NCBI GenBank assembly: GCA_016935015.1
Contig: JAFGRT010000097.1
Span: 548-64,547, forward strand
Direction: 5' to 3'
Length of the DNA stretch: 64,000 nucleotides
From: Acidobacteriota bacterium
GTDB taxonomy: Bacteria > Acidobacteriota > JAAYUB01
The notes beneath the pieces are model-generated. The model searched no databases. It had not been told where the DNA came from and worked only from the letters and a program-made list of their open reading frames with translations. Position numbers and translations under genes: made by a program. Shown one piece after another: positions 29,015-38,421 of this stretch (the stretch's first letter is position 1; every line of letters begins with the position of its first letter).

Positions 29015-29382
29015 CTTGCTTTTGAGTGCGGCGGCTGGCCTGACCTCCCCGGCCTTGACGAAGGAGGCACGTCTCTTTGTTAAACGCGGATGGATGCGGA
29101 TCAGGCAGAAGGCAGAAGGATAAGAAAACGATTGATCTCAGTGCCCACGGAAGTCGATTGGCTGCGGCCGGCGAGAATCTGATCGTCCGCGCCCTGTGCG
29201 GATTGACTTGGCCGAGAGGCCGGCCGTATAATGACCGGCATGTATACCAAATCGATAAAGGACCGCGCATTACACATCATATTCTCTCGCCGCTGCACCC
29301 TCCGTTCCCGACAGGCACCAAAGACGTGGGTGACCCGCCACAACATACTGTCCGGACCGGCTGATGGCCCCGGAGTCCGCTC

Positions 29383-30462
29383 ATGAACGCCGGGCCCTTT
29401 CCCCTGGCCGAGGTGACGCGGAGCGGCCTGACGGAATGCATCCATCACGGGCACGTGGTGGTGACCGACCCGGACGGCCGGATCCTCCATGCGGTGGGCG
29501 ATCCGCACGTCCGCACCTACATGCGCTCGGCGGCCAAGCCCATCCAGGCCATGGCTGTGGTGCGCTCGGGCGCCGCCGACGCCTTCGCCCTTACCGACAC
29601 CGAGTTGGCGGTGATCTGCTCGTCCCACTACGGTGAGCCGTTTCACGTGCAGGCGGTGCAGGGGATCCTGGCCAAAACCGGTCTCTCTTTTGCCGACCTG
29701 CGCTGCGGCCGTGCGACGTCGCTGAGCCCGGACTACGCCTTGCAACTGGCCCGTCAGGGCGTCGATCCGGCACCCCAGTACAACGATTGCTCGGGCAAGC
29801 ACGCCGGCATGCTGGCGGCATGCGTGCACCACGGCTACTCCCGGGGCGATTACCTCGACCCCGACCATCCCCTGCAGCGCGAGAACCGGCGGAACCTGGC
29901 CGCGGTGAGTGGATTGCCCGAGGCGGAAATCGGCATCGGCGTGGACGGTTGCTCGGCCCCGGTCTTCGCCCTGCCCCTGGCGGCCATGGCCCGGGCCTAT
30001 GCCCGACTGGCCGTGCCGGCCACCCTGCCGCCGGAACTGGGTGCAACGGTACCGCGCATCTGGCGGGCCATGACCATGCACCCCGAGATGATCGCCGGCA
30101 CGGGCGGCTTCTGCACGGAACTCATGCGCCACACGGGCGGCAAACTGCTGGGCAAGCTGGGCGCCGAGGGGGTCTACTGTATCGCTGTCCGCCCACAGGG
30201 GGTAGGCCTCGCCCTCAAGATCGCCGACGGCAACGCGCGGGCCATTCCGCCGGTGGCCTTACGGGTGTTGGAAGCGCTGGATGCCCTGACGGTGATGGAA
30301 AGGAAGGTCCTGGCCCCGTTCGCCGTACGGCAGAATGTCAACGATGCGGGCACGGTGGTGGGCGAGATCCGGCCGGCCTTTCGGCTGCGCTGGGGCCAGC
30401 CGGGGCCGCTGGACCCCGGTGGAGCACCGCGGAGCCCTCGACAACGGCCTTTCGTCAGATAA
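29383..30462 (+). CDS. Asparaginase_II (PF06089-like) family protein
   Basis: TRSGLTECIHHGHVVVTDPDGRILHAVGDPHVRTYMRSAAKPIQAMAVV. 359 aa. Confidence 0.6.
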   Translation: MNAGPFPLAEVTRSGLTECIHHGHVVVTDPDGRILHAVGDPHVRTYMRSAAKPIQAMAVVRSGAADAFALTDTELAVICSSHYGEPFHVQAVQGILAKTGLSFADLRCGRATSLSPDYALQLARQGVDPAPQYNDCSGKHAGMLAACVHHGYSRGDYLDPDHPLQRENRRNLAAVSGLPEAEIGIGVDGCSAPVFALPLAAMARAYARLAVPATLPPELGATVPRIWRAMTMHPEMIAGTGGFCTELMRHTGGKLLGKLGAEGVYCIAVRPQGVGLALKIADGNARAIPPVALRVLEALDALTVMERKVLAPFAVRQNVNDAGTVVGEIRPAFRLRWGQPGPLDPGGAPRSPRQRPFVR

Positions 30463-30538
30463 TCGGCAGGGACAGTGTTTTTCGGTGCTATCCGCCGGCC
30501 GGTGCGAAAACAGACAGAATATCACGGAGGGTACCGAC

Positions 30539-31228
30539 ATGGCAGAATGGTGGGCCAGCGTAGCGACCCTGGAAAAGGTATTCTGGTATATCGCCGTCCC
30601 GTTCACGGTGGTGTTCGTCTTGCAGCTGGTGTTGTCCATCATCGGCATCGATCACGAATCGGATGTGGATGGCGGTCACGTGGGCTTCGGCCACGACGTG
30701 GACGTTGGCCATGACGTAGCCATGGGGCACGACATGGACATGGGGCACGATTTCGGCGACCACGATGCTGCTGGCGCCCACGATCACGGCCATGCCCATC
30801 ATTCGGGCGAATTGGTCCCCTTCCAGCTGATCACCTTTCGCAACATCGTGGTCTTTTTCACGATTTTCGGTTGGACGGGGATCGTGGCCACCAACTATGG
30901 CTTCGGACTGTTCGTGACCATGCTCCTGGCCCTCCCGGCTGGCCTGCTCATGATGGTGGCCGTTTCAGCCCTGTTCTACTATGCCGCCCGGTTGACGGAG
31001 AGCGGCACCCAGGATATCCGACTTGCCTTGCTGAAATCGGGAACGGTGTACCTGACCATCCCCGGCCACCGCCAGGGAGCGGGCAAGATTCATGTGGAAT
31101 TCCAGGGCGCCCTGCGCGAACTGGAGGCCGTAACCGAGGGCGATACCCTGCCGACGGGGACCGAAGTCCGGGTGGTGGAGGTCCTGCCCGACGCAGTCGT
31201 GGTTGTGACGAAACAGGTAAATCTTTGA
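30539..31228 (+). CDS. NfeD-like membrane protein (SPFH-partner) with an internal His-rich tandem-repeat region
   Basis: GGAGG RBS before ATG 30539. N-terminal TM. HESDVDGGHVGFGHDVDVGHDVAMGHDMDMGHDFGDHDAAGAHDHGHAHH. Two further TM helices. C-terminal OB-fold GTVYLTIPG..GKIHVEFQGALRELEAVTEGDTLPTGTEVRVVEV typical of NfeD. Confidence 0.65.
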   Translation: MAEWWASVATLEKVFWYIAVPFTVVFVLQLVLSIIGIDHESDVDGGHVGFGHDVDVGHDVAMGHDMDMGHDFGDHDAAGAHDHGHAHHSGELVPFQLITFRNIVVFFTIFGWTGIVATNYGFGLFVTMLLALPAGLLMMVAVSALFYYAARLTESGTQDIRLALLKSGTVYLTIPGHRQGAGKIHVEFQGALRELEAVTEGDTLPTGTEVRVVEVLPDAVVVVTKQVNL

Positions 31229-31282
31229 TCGGCCGAAACGTTCTTTTACTACGTGTCTGGTTGTGCTGATAAAGGAGGAATT

Positions 31283-32719
31283 ATGGGAGAGTTTTTTTTG
31301 GTCATCCTGATCACCATGGTGCTGGTCATCATGTTCGGGATGATGGTCGTTCTGTTTTCACGCTTCAAGCGATGTCCATCGGACCAGATCCTGGTCATCT
31401 ACGGCAAGATCGGCAAGGATTGGGCTGGAGAGTACCGCTCGGCCAAGTGTATCCACGGCGGCGCCGCTTTCGTCTGGCCGGTCATCCAGAGTTACCAATT
31501 CCTGGACCTGACGCCCATGTCCATCGAGGTGAACCTGCAGAAGGCCCTCAGCCGCCAGAATATCCGCGTCGACGTACCGTCGCGCTTCACGGTGGGTATT
31601 TCCACGGAGGTCGGCGTCATGGCCAATGCCGCTGAACGCCTGCTGGGACTGAAAATGCAAGAGATCCAGGAGCTGGCCAAGGATATCATCTTCGGCCAGC
31701 TGCGACTGGTCATCGCCACCATGGACATCGAGGAGATCAACTCCGACCGCGACAAGTTCCTGACCAACGTCTCCAAGAACGTGGAAGCCGAACTGAAGAA
31801 GATCGGTTTGAAGCTAATCAACGTCAACGTAACGGACATCAAGGACGAGTCGAGCTACATTGAGGCGTTGGGCAAGGAGGCCGCGGCCAAGGCCATCAAC
31901 GACGCCAAGAAGAGTGTGGCCGAGAAGAACCGTGACGGATCCATCGGTGAGGCCAAGGCCATGCAGGACCAGCGGGTGCAGGTTTCCGAGGCCAACGCCA
32001 AGGCGGTGGAAGGTGAGAACCTGGCCAAGATCTCCGTGGCCAACTCCGATGCCCAGCGGCGCATCAAGGAGGCGGAAGCCCTGCGGCTGGCCACGGCCGC
32101 CGAGAACGTCCAGAAGGCCAAGAGCCTGGAGGAGTCCTACTTCGCCGAGCAGGCCGCCGAGAGCGCCCGCGCCGAGAAGGAAAGGGCCACCCGGGTGGCC
32201 GATATCGTGGTGGCCGCCGAAATCGACAAGAAGCGGGTGGAGATCGAGGCCGAGGCCGACGCCGAGCGGGAGCGCCGCCGGGCCAAGGGTGAGGCCGACG
32301 GTATCCTCTTCCTCAAGCAGGCCCAGGCCCAGGGCGATTTCGAGATCCTCAGCAAGCAGGCCGAGGGTTTCACAACGTTAGTGCGGGCCGCAGCCAACGA
32401 TCCGAGCAAGGCGGTCATGCTCCTCATCGCCGACAAGCTGCCCGAGTTGGTGAAGACCCAGGTGGAAGCCATCAAGAATATCAAAATCGACAAGGTGACG
32501 GTCTGGGATTCGGCGGGCGGCAATGCCGATGGATCCACGGCCACAGCCAGTTTCCTGTCGGGCCTGATGAAATCCCTCCCGCCGCTGGACGACCTGTTCA
32601 AAATGGCCGGCATGGAGCTGCCCAGCTACCTGAAGGGTGAGGCAAAAAAAGAGGAACCGAAGAAAGCTGGGCCGAAGAAAGCCGCGCCGCCCCAGGCGGA
32701 GACGGTTGACCAGGCCTGA
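31283..32719 (+). CDS. Flotillin-like SPFH/band-7 protein (FloT/YqiK family)
   Basis: AAGGAGG RBS before ATG 31283. N-terminal TM helix. SPFH domain. Long Ala/Glu/Lys-rich coiled-coil (EAEADAERERRRAKGEADG). Confidence 0.8.
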   Translation: MGEFFLVILITMVLVIMFGMMVVLFSRFKRCPSDQILVIYGKIGKDWAGEYRSAKCIHGGAAFVWPVIQSYQFLDLTPMSIEVNLQKALSRQNIRVDVPSRFTVGISTEVGVMANAAERLLGLKMQEIQELAKDIIFGQLRLVIATMDIEEINSDRDKFLTNVSKNVEAELKKIGLKLINVNVTDIKDESSYIEALGKEAAAKAINDAKKSVAEKNRDGSIGEAKAMQDQRVQVSEANAKAVEGENLAKISVANSDAQRRIKEAEALRLATAAENVQKAKSLEESYFAEQAAESARAEKERATRVADIVVAAEIDKKRVEIEAEADAERERRRAKGEADGILFLKQAQAQGDFEILSKQAEGFTTLVRAAANDPSKAVMLLIADKLPELVKTQVEAIKNIKIDKVTVWDSAGGNADGSTATASFLSGLMKSLPPLDDLFKMAGMELPSYLKGEAKKEEPKKAGPKKAAPPQAETVDQA

Positions 32720-32750
32720 CCGGATTTGCTCGTATCATCCACTGTAAAGA

Positions 32751-32780
32751 AAAGCGCCCCCGGCCGGGGCGCTTTTTTTG
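32751..32780. terminator. Bidirectional rho-independent terminator between convergent flotillin and DUF302 genes
   Basis: aaagcgcccccggccggggcgcttttttt: GC-rich palindrome flanked by an A-tract and a T-tract. Confidence 0.75.
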
Positions 32781-32866
32781 CGGGCATTCCGGGTGGCGGG
32801 ACCCACGTTGCCCGGCCAACGCGGGCGTCGCCGGCCAGACCGATACACAGCCGGCCGGTGGCCGGG

Positions 32867-33385
32867 CTATTGGGCCAGGACATCGGCCATGATCTTTTCT
32901 TCATCGGCCGATACCTTGCTGCCCATGACCTCGGCGATGGTCCCGCCGAACATTTGGCCCATCAGACCGGTATTCATTTTGGACACATACGTCCGGCCGT
33001 CGTCCCCCTCCCAGACGGAGACAGCACAGGGCATAAGGCAGCTGATGTAGCGGTCGCTCTGCAGTACCTCCCGGGCATGGTGGGGCTGGCACAAGTCAAT
33101 GACCTGTACGCGTGGGTCAAACGGCACGCCCTTTTTTACCAGGGCGTCGGTCAAGTCTATCTGGCCGGGCGAGGACCAGCCATGGCTGGTGATGGCGTGG
33201 TGGAGGCGTGCCACGGTCTGCTCGAAATCGTGCGGACTGGCCTCGGTGATGATCATCATGCCGGGTAACAGGTGATAGGCCAAAAGGCCGCAGCCGATGA
33301 AACCTACCAGCAGACCCACCAGAAACGACAGCCAGCTCCGGCGCCCCCGTTTCGTGTTTGGGGGATTTTTCATCTCTACCGTCAT
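32867..33385 (-). CDS. DUF302-domain protein with N-terminal membrane anchor
   Basis: TM LSFLVGLLVGFIGCGLLAY. Then SPHDFEQTVARLHHAI..VIDL..VSVWEGDDGRTYVS pattern of DUF302. Confidence 0.5.
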   Translation of the reverse strand: MTVEMKNPPNTKRGRRSWLSFLVGLLVGFIGCGLLAYHLLPGMMIITEASPHDFEQTVARLHHAITSHGWSSPGQIDLTDALVKKGVPFDPRVQVIDLCQPHHAREVLQSDRYISCLMPCAVSVWEGDDGRTYVSKMNTGLMGQMFGGTIAEVMGSKVSADEEKIMADVLAQ

Positions 33386-33690
33386 TCTTCCTCCTCACAG
33401 ATGAGAATAAAATTATCGTCGTCCGGATACACCACGGATGCATCCAGTATGCAACAGGCGAACCTGAGGTGGTTCGGCATGCAAACAACGGACCTATTTC
33501 GATGCAGGGAACGTCCGGCCGGATACCACACGTTCTCTGCTGAAACGGGCGACCGGCAATCCGGACTACGGCATAGGACAACGTCTGTCCGGCTCCGGTG
33601 CCAAAACCATTTGACAGGCCGGGAGTTTTGTACTATTTTCGACTGTTCGACAGCCATCCGGCCCGAATCCGCAGCATCCGAGCATGAGCC

Positions 33691-34698
33691 ATGAAAGTAA
33701 TCGACATCATCCGGACTTCCTCAGCTCCCATTCTTTCCTTCGAGATCACTCCGCCCGAGAGGGGCCATGGGATCGAGGAGATCTTCCGGACCATCGACGT
33801 GCTGATGCCCTTCCAACCGCAATTTATCAATGTGACGTACCACCAGCCCCAAGTGGAATATGTGGAGGAAAACCAGGTCATCCGCCGACTCCACAAGCGG
33901 AAAAAGCCGGGGACGGTGGGCATCTGCACCGCCATCAACCACAAGTACAAGGTGGAGCCGGTGCCGCACCTCATCTGCGGCGGATTCACCAAGTACGAGA
34001 CGGAAGACGCCCTCATCGACCTGCAGTACCTGGGGATCGAGAACCTGCTGGCCCTGCGCGGGGATCCGCCGCCGGGCCAGAAAAAATTCATCCCTGAGTC
34101 CGACGGCCATCACTACGCGGCCGGTCTGGTGGAGCAAATTGCCCGCATGAACCGGGGCTTCTACCTGGAGCCGCTGGACAACGCCGTGCCGACGGATTTC
34201 TGTGTCGGCGTGGCTGGCTACCCCGAACGGCACTTCGAATCGCCCAATTTTGAACGCGACATGCAGCATCTCAAGCATAAGGTGGAGTGCGGGGCGGATT
34301 ACATCGTTTCACAAATGTTTTTCGAATATGAGTCCTTTGTCCGGTTTCGCGAGCATGCCCGGGACATCGGGATTACCGTGCCCATCCTGCCCGGGATCAA
34401 GCCGGTCAGCCGCCTGTCCCAAATGGAAATGCTGCCCAGCCTGTTCCATATCAGCATCCCGGACCGCCTGCTGCGCCGGATGGAAGAAACACGCACCCGC
34501 CAGGAGGAGCGCGAGGCGGGCATGCGCTACATGGCGGAACTGTTGGAGCGGTTGTTGCAGGCGGATGTACCGGGGGTACATATCTATACCATGGGCAAAG
34601 CCCTGGATACCCGCCGGCTGCTGGAATACGTATTCGGAACTCAAGTCGACGAAGCGGAGGAAAAACGGACCTATGTCACGAAAAAACCCGTTGACTGA
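33691..34698 (+). CDS. metF: 5,10-methylenetetrahydrofolate reductase
   Basis: SFEITPPERGHGIEEIF..FINVTYH..LALRGDPP..YPE motifs of the MTHFR family. Confidence 0.85.
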   Translation: MKVIDIIRTSSAPILSFEITPPERGHGIEEIFRTIDVLMPFQPQFINVTYHQPQVEYVEENQVIRRLHKRKKPGTVGICTAINHKYKVEPVPHLICGGFTKYETEDALIDLQYLGIENLLALRGDPPPGQKKFIPESDGHHYAAGLVEQIARMNRGFYLEPLDNAVPTDFCVGVAGYPERHFESPNFERDMQHLKHKVECGADYIVSQMFFEYESFVRFREHARDIGITVPILPGIKPVSRLSQMEMLPSLFHISIPDRLLRRMEETRTRQEEREAGMRYMAELLERLLQADVPGVHIYTMGKALDTRRLLEYVFGTQVDEAEEKRTYVTKKPVD

Positions 34699-35548
34699 AA
34701 AACGCCTGGCCCTGGCGCTCAGCCTGATCATCCCCCTGCTGGTCCTGAGCCTGGGATTCATTTCATGGACGGAGACAACGGCGGGCTCCACGCCGTCTGC
34801 CGCCGCGGCGGGCGATACCGTCCCGCCGGCACCGGCTGCGTTCACCAATGAGTTCGGCATGGACTTCGTGTATCTTCCGCCCGGCGAGTTCATGATGGGC
34901 TCCGATCAGGGGGCGCCCAACGAGCGACCGGTCCACCGGGTGCAGATCACCCGCGGCTACTATCTCCAGACGACGGAACTGACCCAGCGGCAGTGGACGG
35001 CGGTCATGGGCACCCGGCCATGGGAGGCGGTGCGCCATGCCCCATCCGGACCCGACTACCCGGCGGTGGGTGTCTCCTGGGAGGACGCCCGGGCCTTCGT
35101 TGCCGCCCTGTCGGAAAAGTCGGGACGAACCTACCGCCTGCCCACCGAGGCCGAGTGGGAGTATGCCTGTCGCGCCGGAACCACCACCGAGTTCTATTAC
35201 GGTGATGAACGGTCGGGGCTGGGTGATTACGGCTGGTACGTCGACAACACGGTGAGGGTCGGACTGGAGCACGCCCAGCCGGTGGCCCGGAAGAAACCCA
35301 ATGCTTGGGGACTGTACGACATGCACGGCAACGTCTGGGAATGGTGTGCCGATCACTTCAGCGAGGACTATTACGCCCGGTCACCCCTGGCTGATCCCGC
35401 CGGTCCGGAATCCGGCTATCCACGGGTGTTGCGCGGCGGAGCCTACGACCAGCCGCCCCGCTACTGCCGTTCGGCCATCCGCATCAAATATTTCGCGGAC
35501 AACAGCTACGCGTATATCGGCTTTCGCATTCTGGCCGAGGCCGAGTAA
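34673..35548 (+). CDS. Formylglycine-generating-enzyme (FGE/SUMF1) sulfatase-modifying-domain protein with N-terminal membrane anchor
   Basis: ERPVHRVQITRGYYLQTTELTQRQWTAVMG..VGVSWEDARAFVAALSEKSGRTYRLPTEAEWEYACRAG..GLYDMHGNVWEWCAD..VLRGGAY. ATG 34673 overlaps the metF stop by 26 nt. The first 157 codons of track ORF 34202 are out-of-frame overlap with metF. Confidence 0.75.
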   Translation: MSRKNPLTEKRLALALSLIIPLLVLSLGFISWTETTAGSTPSAAAAGDTVPPAPAAFTNEFGMDFVYLPPGEFMMGSDQGAPNERPVHRVQITRGYYLQTTELTQRQWTAVMGTRPWEAVRHAPSGPDYPAVGVSWEDARAFVAALSEKSGRTYRLPTEAEWEYACRAGTTTEFYYGDERSGLGDYGWYVDNTVRVGLEHAQPVARKKPNAWGLYDMHGNVWEWCADHFSEDYYARSPLADPAGPESGYPRVLRGGAYDQPPRYCRSAIRIKYFADNSYAYIGFRILAEAE

Positions 35549-35573
35549 CCGGAACACGGAGGGGCTCTTTCCC

Positions 35574-36320
35574 ATGCTGGATTTTTCCGACAAATCGGCC
35601 ATTGTTACCGGCGGCACCCGCGGCATCGGCCTGGCCGTCAGCCGCGTGCTGCACAGGCTGGGCGCCCGTGTTATAGCCGCCTACCGGTCCGACGAAGCGG
35701 CGGCGCGGACGCTGATGGACGAATGCCCCGGTGTGCGCACCTTCGCCGGCGATCTGGCCGAGGCCGATACCGCGCGCGCCATGGTTGGCCAGGCCTGGGA
35801 CGCCTTCGGCCGGGTGGATATCCTGGTCAACAACGCCGGCATCTGGAACTCCTTGCCGGCTGGAGTCATGGACGTCGAGAACTGGGACCGGATGATCCGG
35901 ACCAACCTGCGGGCCGTCTACCTGGTCACCGACGAGCTGGTCAGTCGATGGCTGGCAGACAAGCGGCCGGCGGTGGTGGTGAACATCTCCTCCACTGCCG
36001 GCCAGCGGGGCGAGGCCGGGCATGCCCACTACGCCGCCTCCAAGGGGGCGATCATTTCGTACACCAAATCTCTCGGCGCGGAATTGGCATCCCGGGGTAT
36101 TCGGGTAAACTGCGTCGCTCCGGGCTGGGTGGAGACAGACATGACGACCGACGCCTTCCGCGACGGCGGCCGGGAACGCGTAGCCGCGGGCATCCCCCTG
36201 GGCCGGGTGCCGCAGCCGGAAGAGATCGCCTGGCCGGTGGTTTTTTTGGCCTCCGACCTGGCCTCGGCGGTGGTGGGCGAGATTTTCAACGTGAACGGTG
36301 GCAACGTGCTGTGCGGCTGA
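35574..36320 (+). CDS. Short-chain dehydrogenase/reductase, 3-oxoacyl-ACP reductase (FabG)-like
   Basis: AIVTGGTRGIGLAV (TGxxxGIG), NNAG, YAASKGAI (YxxxK). GGAGGGG RBS before ATG 35574. Track start 35301 is read-through of upstream sequence. Confidence 0.8.
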   Translation: MLDFSDKSAIVTGGTRGIGLAVSRVLHRLGARVIAAYRSDEAAARTLMDECPGVRTFAGDLAEADTARAMVGQAWDAFGRVDILVNNAGIWNSLPAGVMDVENWDRMIRTNLRAVYLVTDELVSRWLADKRPAVVVNISSTAGQRGEAGHAHYAASKGAIISYTKSLGAELASRGIRVNCVAPGWVETDMTTDAFRDGGRERVAAGIPLGRVPQPEEIAWPVVFLASDLASAVVGEIFNVNGGNVLCG

Positions 36321-36392
36321 TCTGCCCCGGCCGTGCCTGGCGGCCGGCGGAAGCGGGGCCCGGGCGGCGTGCGGCCGGGAGAGAGCGGGGTC

Positions 36393-37049
36393 ATGAAACC
36401 GTTGCCGGACAAGTTGTGTGTAAGCATCGCCGTGGCCGATCCGGCCCGCTGCCGGGAACTCCTTTCAAAATATACGTTTGCCGAGATCCGGTTGGACGCC
36501 CTGGCCGGTGACCTGGTGGATATCGGGCGGATCTTTGCCCTGCCGGTCACCCTTATCGCCACCTGCCGGCCGGGTCCCCATGATGACGTAATCCGGGAAC
36601 GACGCCTACGGGCGGCCATCGAGGCCGGCGCGGCCTGGGTGGATGTGGAGCGGGAGGCGCCGGACGCCTGGCGTGAGGCCGTGGCTGCCGCAGCTTGCCG
36701 GCATGGTAGCCGGGTCATCGTTTCCCACCATGATTTCGCGGGCACGCCTGACTTGCCGGAACTGCGCCGGTTGGTGGCCGACTGTTTCACCCATGGCGCC
36801 GACCTGGCCAAGGTGGCCTGCCGGGTGCGGGCGCCGCGGGAGAACGCCCGCCTGCTGGCCCTGCTGGACGACGATTGGCCGGTGGTCCCCGTCGGCATGG
36901 GAACGGCCGGGCGCCTGACAAGAATCATGGCACCGTTGCTGGGCAGTCCCTTTACCTTTTGCGCGCCGGATGACGGACCGTCCACGGCGCCGGGGCAACT
37001 GACGCACGCTGAGATGCTGGCCGCCTGGGAGTGTTTGGCCGATGAATGA
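36393..37049 (+). CDS. aroD: 3-dehydroquinate dehydratase, type I
   Basis: KLCVSIAV..EIRLDAL..WVDVE..VIVSHHDF..GADLAKVA. Type I DHQase pattern including the Schiff-base Lys region. Confidence 0.7.
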   Translation: MKPLPDKLCVSIAVADPARCRELLSKYTFAEIRLDALAGDLVDIGRIFALPVTLIATCRPGPHDDVIRERRLRAAIEAGAAWVDVEREAPDAWREAVAAAACRHGSRVIVSHHDFAGTPDLPELRRLVADCFTHGADLAKVACRVRAPRENARLLALLDDDWPVVPVGMGTAGRLTRIMAPLLGSPFTFCAPDDGPSTAPGQLTHAEMLAAWECLADE

Positions 37050-38358
37050 TCTCCGCCTCTACGCCGTGCTGGGACAGCCGGTGCTGCACAGCCGCAGCCC
37101 GAACCTGTTCAACGCCGCCTTTCAGGCCAACCAGATCCCGGCGCACTATACCCGCCTGCTGGCGCCGACGGCGGCCGCCGGACTACGCCTCGCCACCGAC
37201 GTGGGGTTCCGGGGCCTGAACGTGACGACGCCCTTCAAGGAAGCCATAATGCAGAGCCTGGATCGGGTGGATCTGACCGCCCGGCGGATCGGCGCCGTGA
37301 ACACACTGCTGCGTAACGGCCGGCGCTGGGCGGGCTTCAACACCGACTGGATCGGTGCCACGGGAGCCCTCACCCGGCATGGCGTCCCCATCGCCGGCCG
37401 CACGGCTCTGGTGCTGGGGGCCGGCGGCGCCGGGCGAGCGGCTGTGCACGGCCTGTTGGCGGCGGGGGCACGCGAGGTCTGGCTCGCCAATCGTACCGCG
37501 TCCCGGGCCCGGGAGTGGGCGGCCCGGCTGGGCAGCCGCTGGTGCACCCTGGCGGAGGCGGCCGCACGGGCGGCCGGCGTGGACATTGTGGTCGATTGCA
37601 TCAGCGATGATCGGGCCGCCGCAGAAATCGTCCATTCCGTCACTGGTGACGCGCTGCTGCGGGCCGCTTACCGACGCGGGACAACCGCCGCTCCCCCTGC
37701 GTCAACCGTGAAACAGGTGGACGGGCTGGCCTGGTTGCTGCATCAGGCCCTGCCGGCGTACGAACTGTTCGAGATGCAACCGGCGGAGCGTGAGACCATG
37801 GCCGCGGCGCTACTGCAACCGCCCCCCGGTGGCGAGGCCCACTCGCCGCGCAACATCGCCCTCATCGGCTTCATGGGCGCCGGCAAAACGGCGGTGGGGC
37901 GGGAATTGTCCCAACGACTGGGATTCACCCTGGCCGACCTCGATGCAATGATCGAAAGCCGTGATGGGCGACCCATCCCGCAAATTTTTGCCGAGGGTGG
38001 CGAGGCTGAATTCCGGCGGCGGGAGAACGCCGCCCTGGCTGACGCTGTCGCCGGCTCCCGGCAGGTCATCGCCTGCGGCGGCGGCGTCGTCGGGTCGGCC
38101 GCCAACCGGGATCTGCTGGGCCGCCGGACGGTGGTCGTCTGGCTGTGGGCGCCCCTGGAGACCTGTCTGCGGCGGGTGGCCGGCACCCCGCGGCCGCTGC
38201 TGGCCGTGAGCGATCCCATGTCTGCGGCGCAGCGACTGGCAGCTGAACGCCACGCGGCCTATGCCGCTACCGCCCGGCTTGTGGTCGGAACCGACGAAAC
38301 GGGACCGGCGGAGGTGGCCGCGCAGCTGGCGGCGGAGTTCAGGAATCTTTGGACGTAA
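37042..38358 (+). CDS. Bifunctional shikimate 5-dehydrogenase / shikimate kinase (AroE-AroK fusion)
   Basis: N-terminal LRLYAVLGQPVLHSRSPNLFNAAF plus GAGGAGRAAVHGLL (AroE). C-terminal NIALIGFMGAGKTAVGRELSQRLGFTLADLD (AroK Walker A). 8-nt overlap with aroD. Confidence 0.8.
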   Translation: MNDLRLYAVLGQPVLHSRSPNLFNAAFQANQIPAHYTRLLAPTAAAGLRLATDVGFRGLNVTTPFKEAIMQSLDRVDLTARRIGAVNTLLRNGRRWAGFNTDWIGATGALTRHGVPIAGRTALVLGAGGAGRAAVHGLLAAGAREVWLANRTASRAREWAARLGSRWCTLAEAAARAAGVDIVVDCISDDRAAAEIVHSVTGDALLRAAYRRGTTAAPPASTVKQVDGLAWLLHQALPAYELFEMQPAERETMAAALLQPPPGGEAHSPRNIALIGFMGAGKTAVGRELSQRLGFTLADLDAMIESRDGRPIPQIFAEGGEAEFRRRENAALADAVAGSRQVIACGGGVVGSAANRDLLGRRTVVVWLWAPLETCLRRVAGTPRPLLAVSDPMSAAQRLAAERHAAYAATARLVVGTDETGPAEVAAQLAAEFRNLWT

Positions 38359-38421
38359 CGGCGGCGGCGTGACTGTCTCCAACGGTCAGGCCATCGCCCG
38401 GCAATCTTGAGGAGGTCAGCC

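Noticed and set aside
29101-30132. 343-aa minus-strand ORF
   Set aside because: Antisense to the asparaginase II-family gene. Arg/Gly/Ala-rich.
34202-34672. First 157 codons of track ORF 34202-35548, and first 91 codons of ORF 35301-36320
   Set aside because: Alternative-frame read-through overlapping metF and the FGE gene. Real starts are at 34673 and 35574, supported by family N-termini and RBSs.
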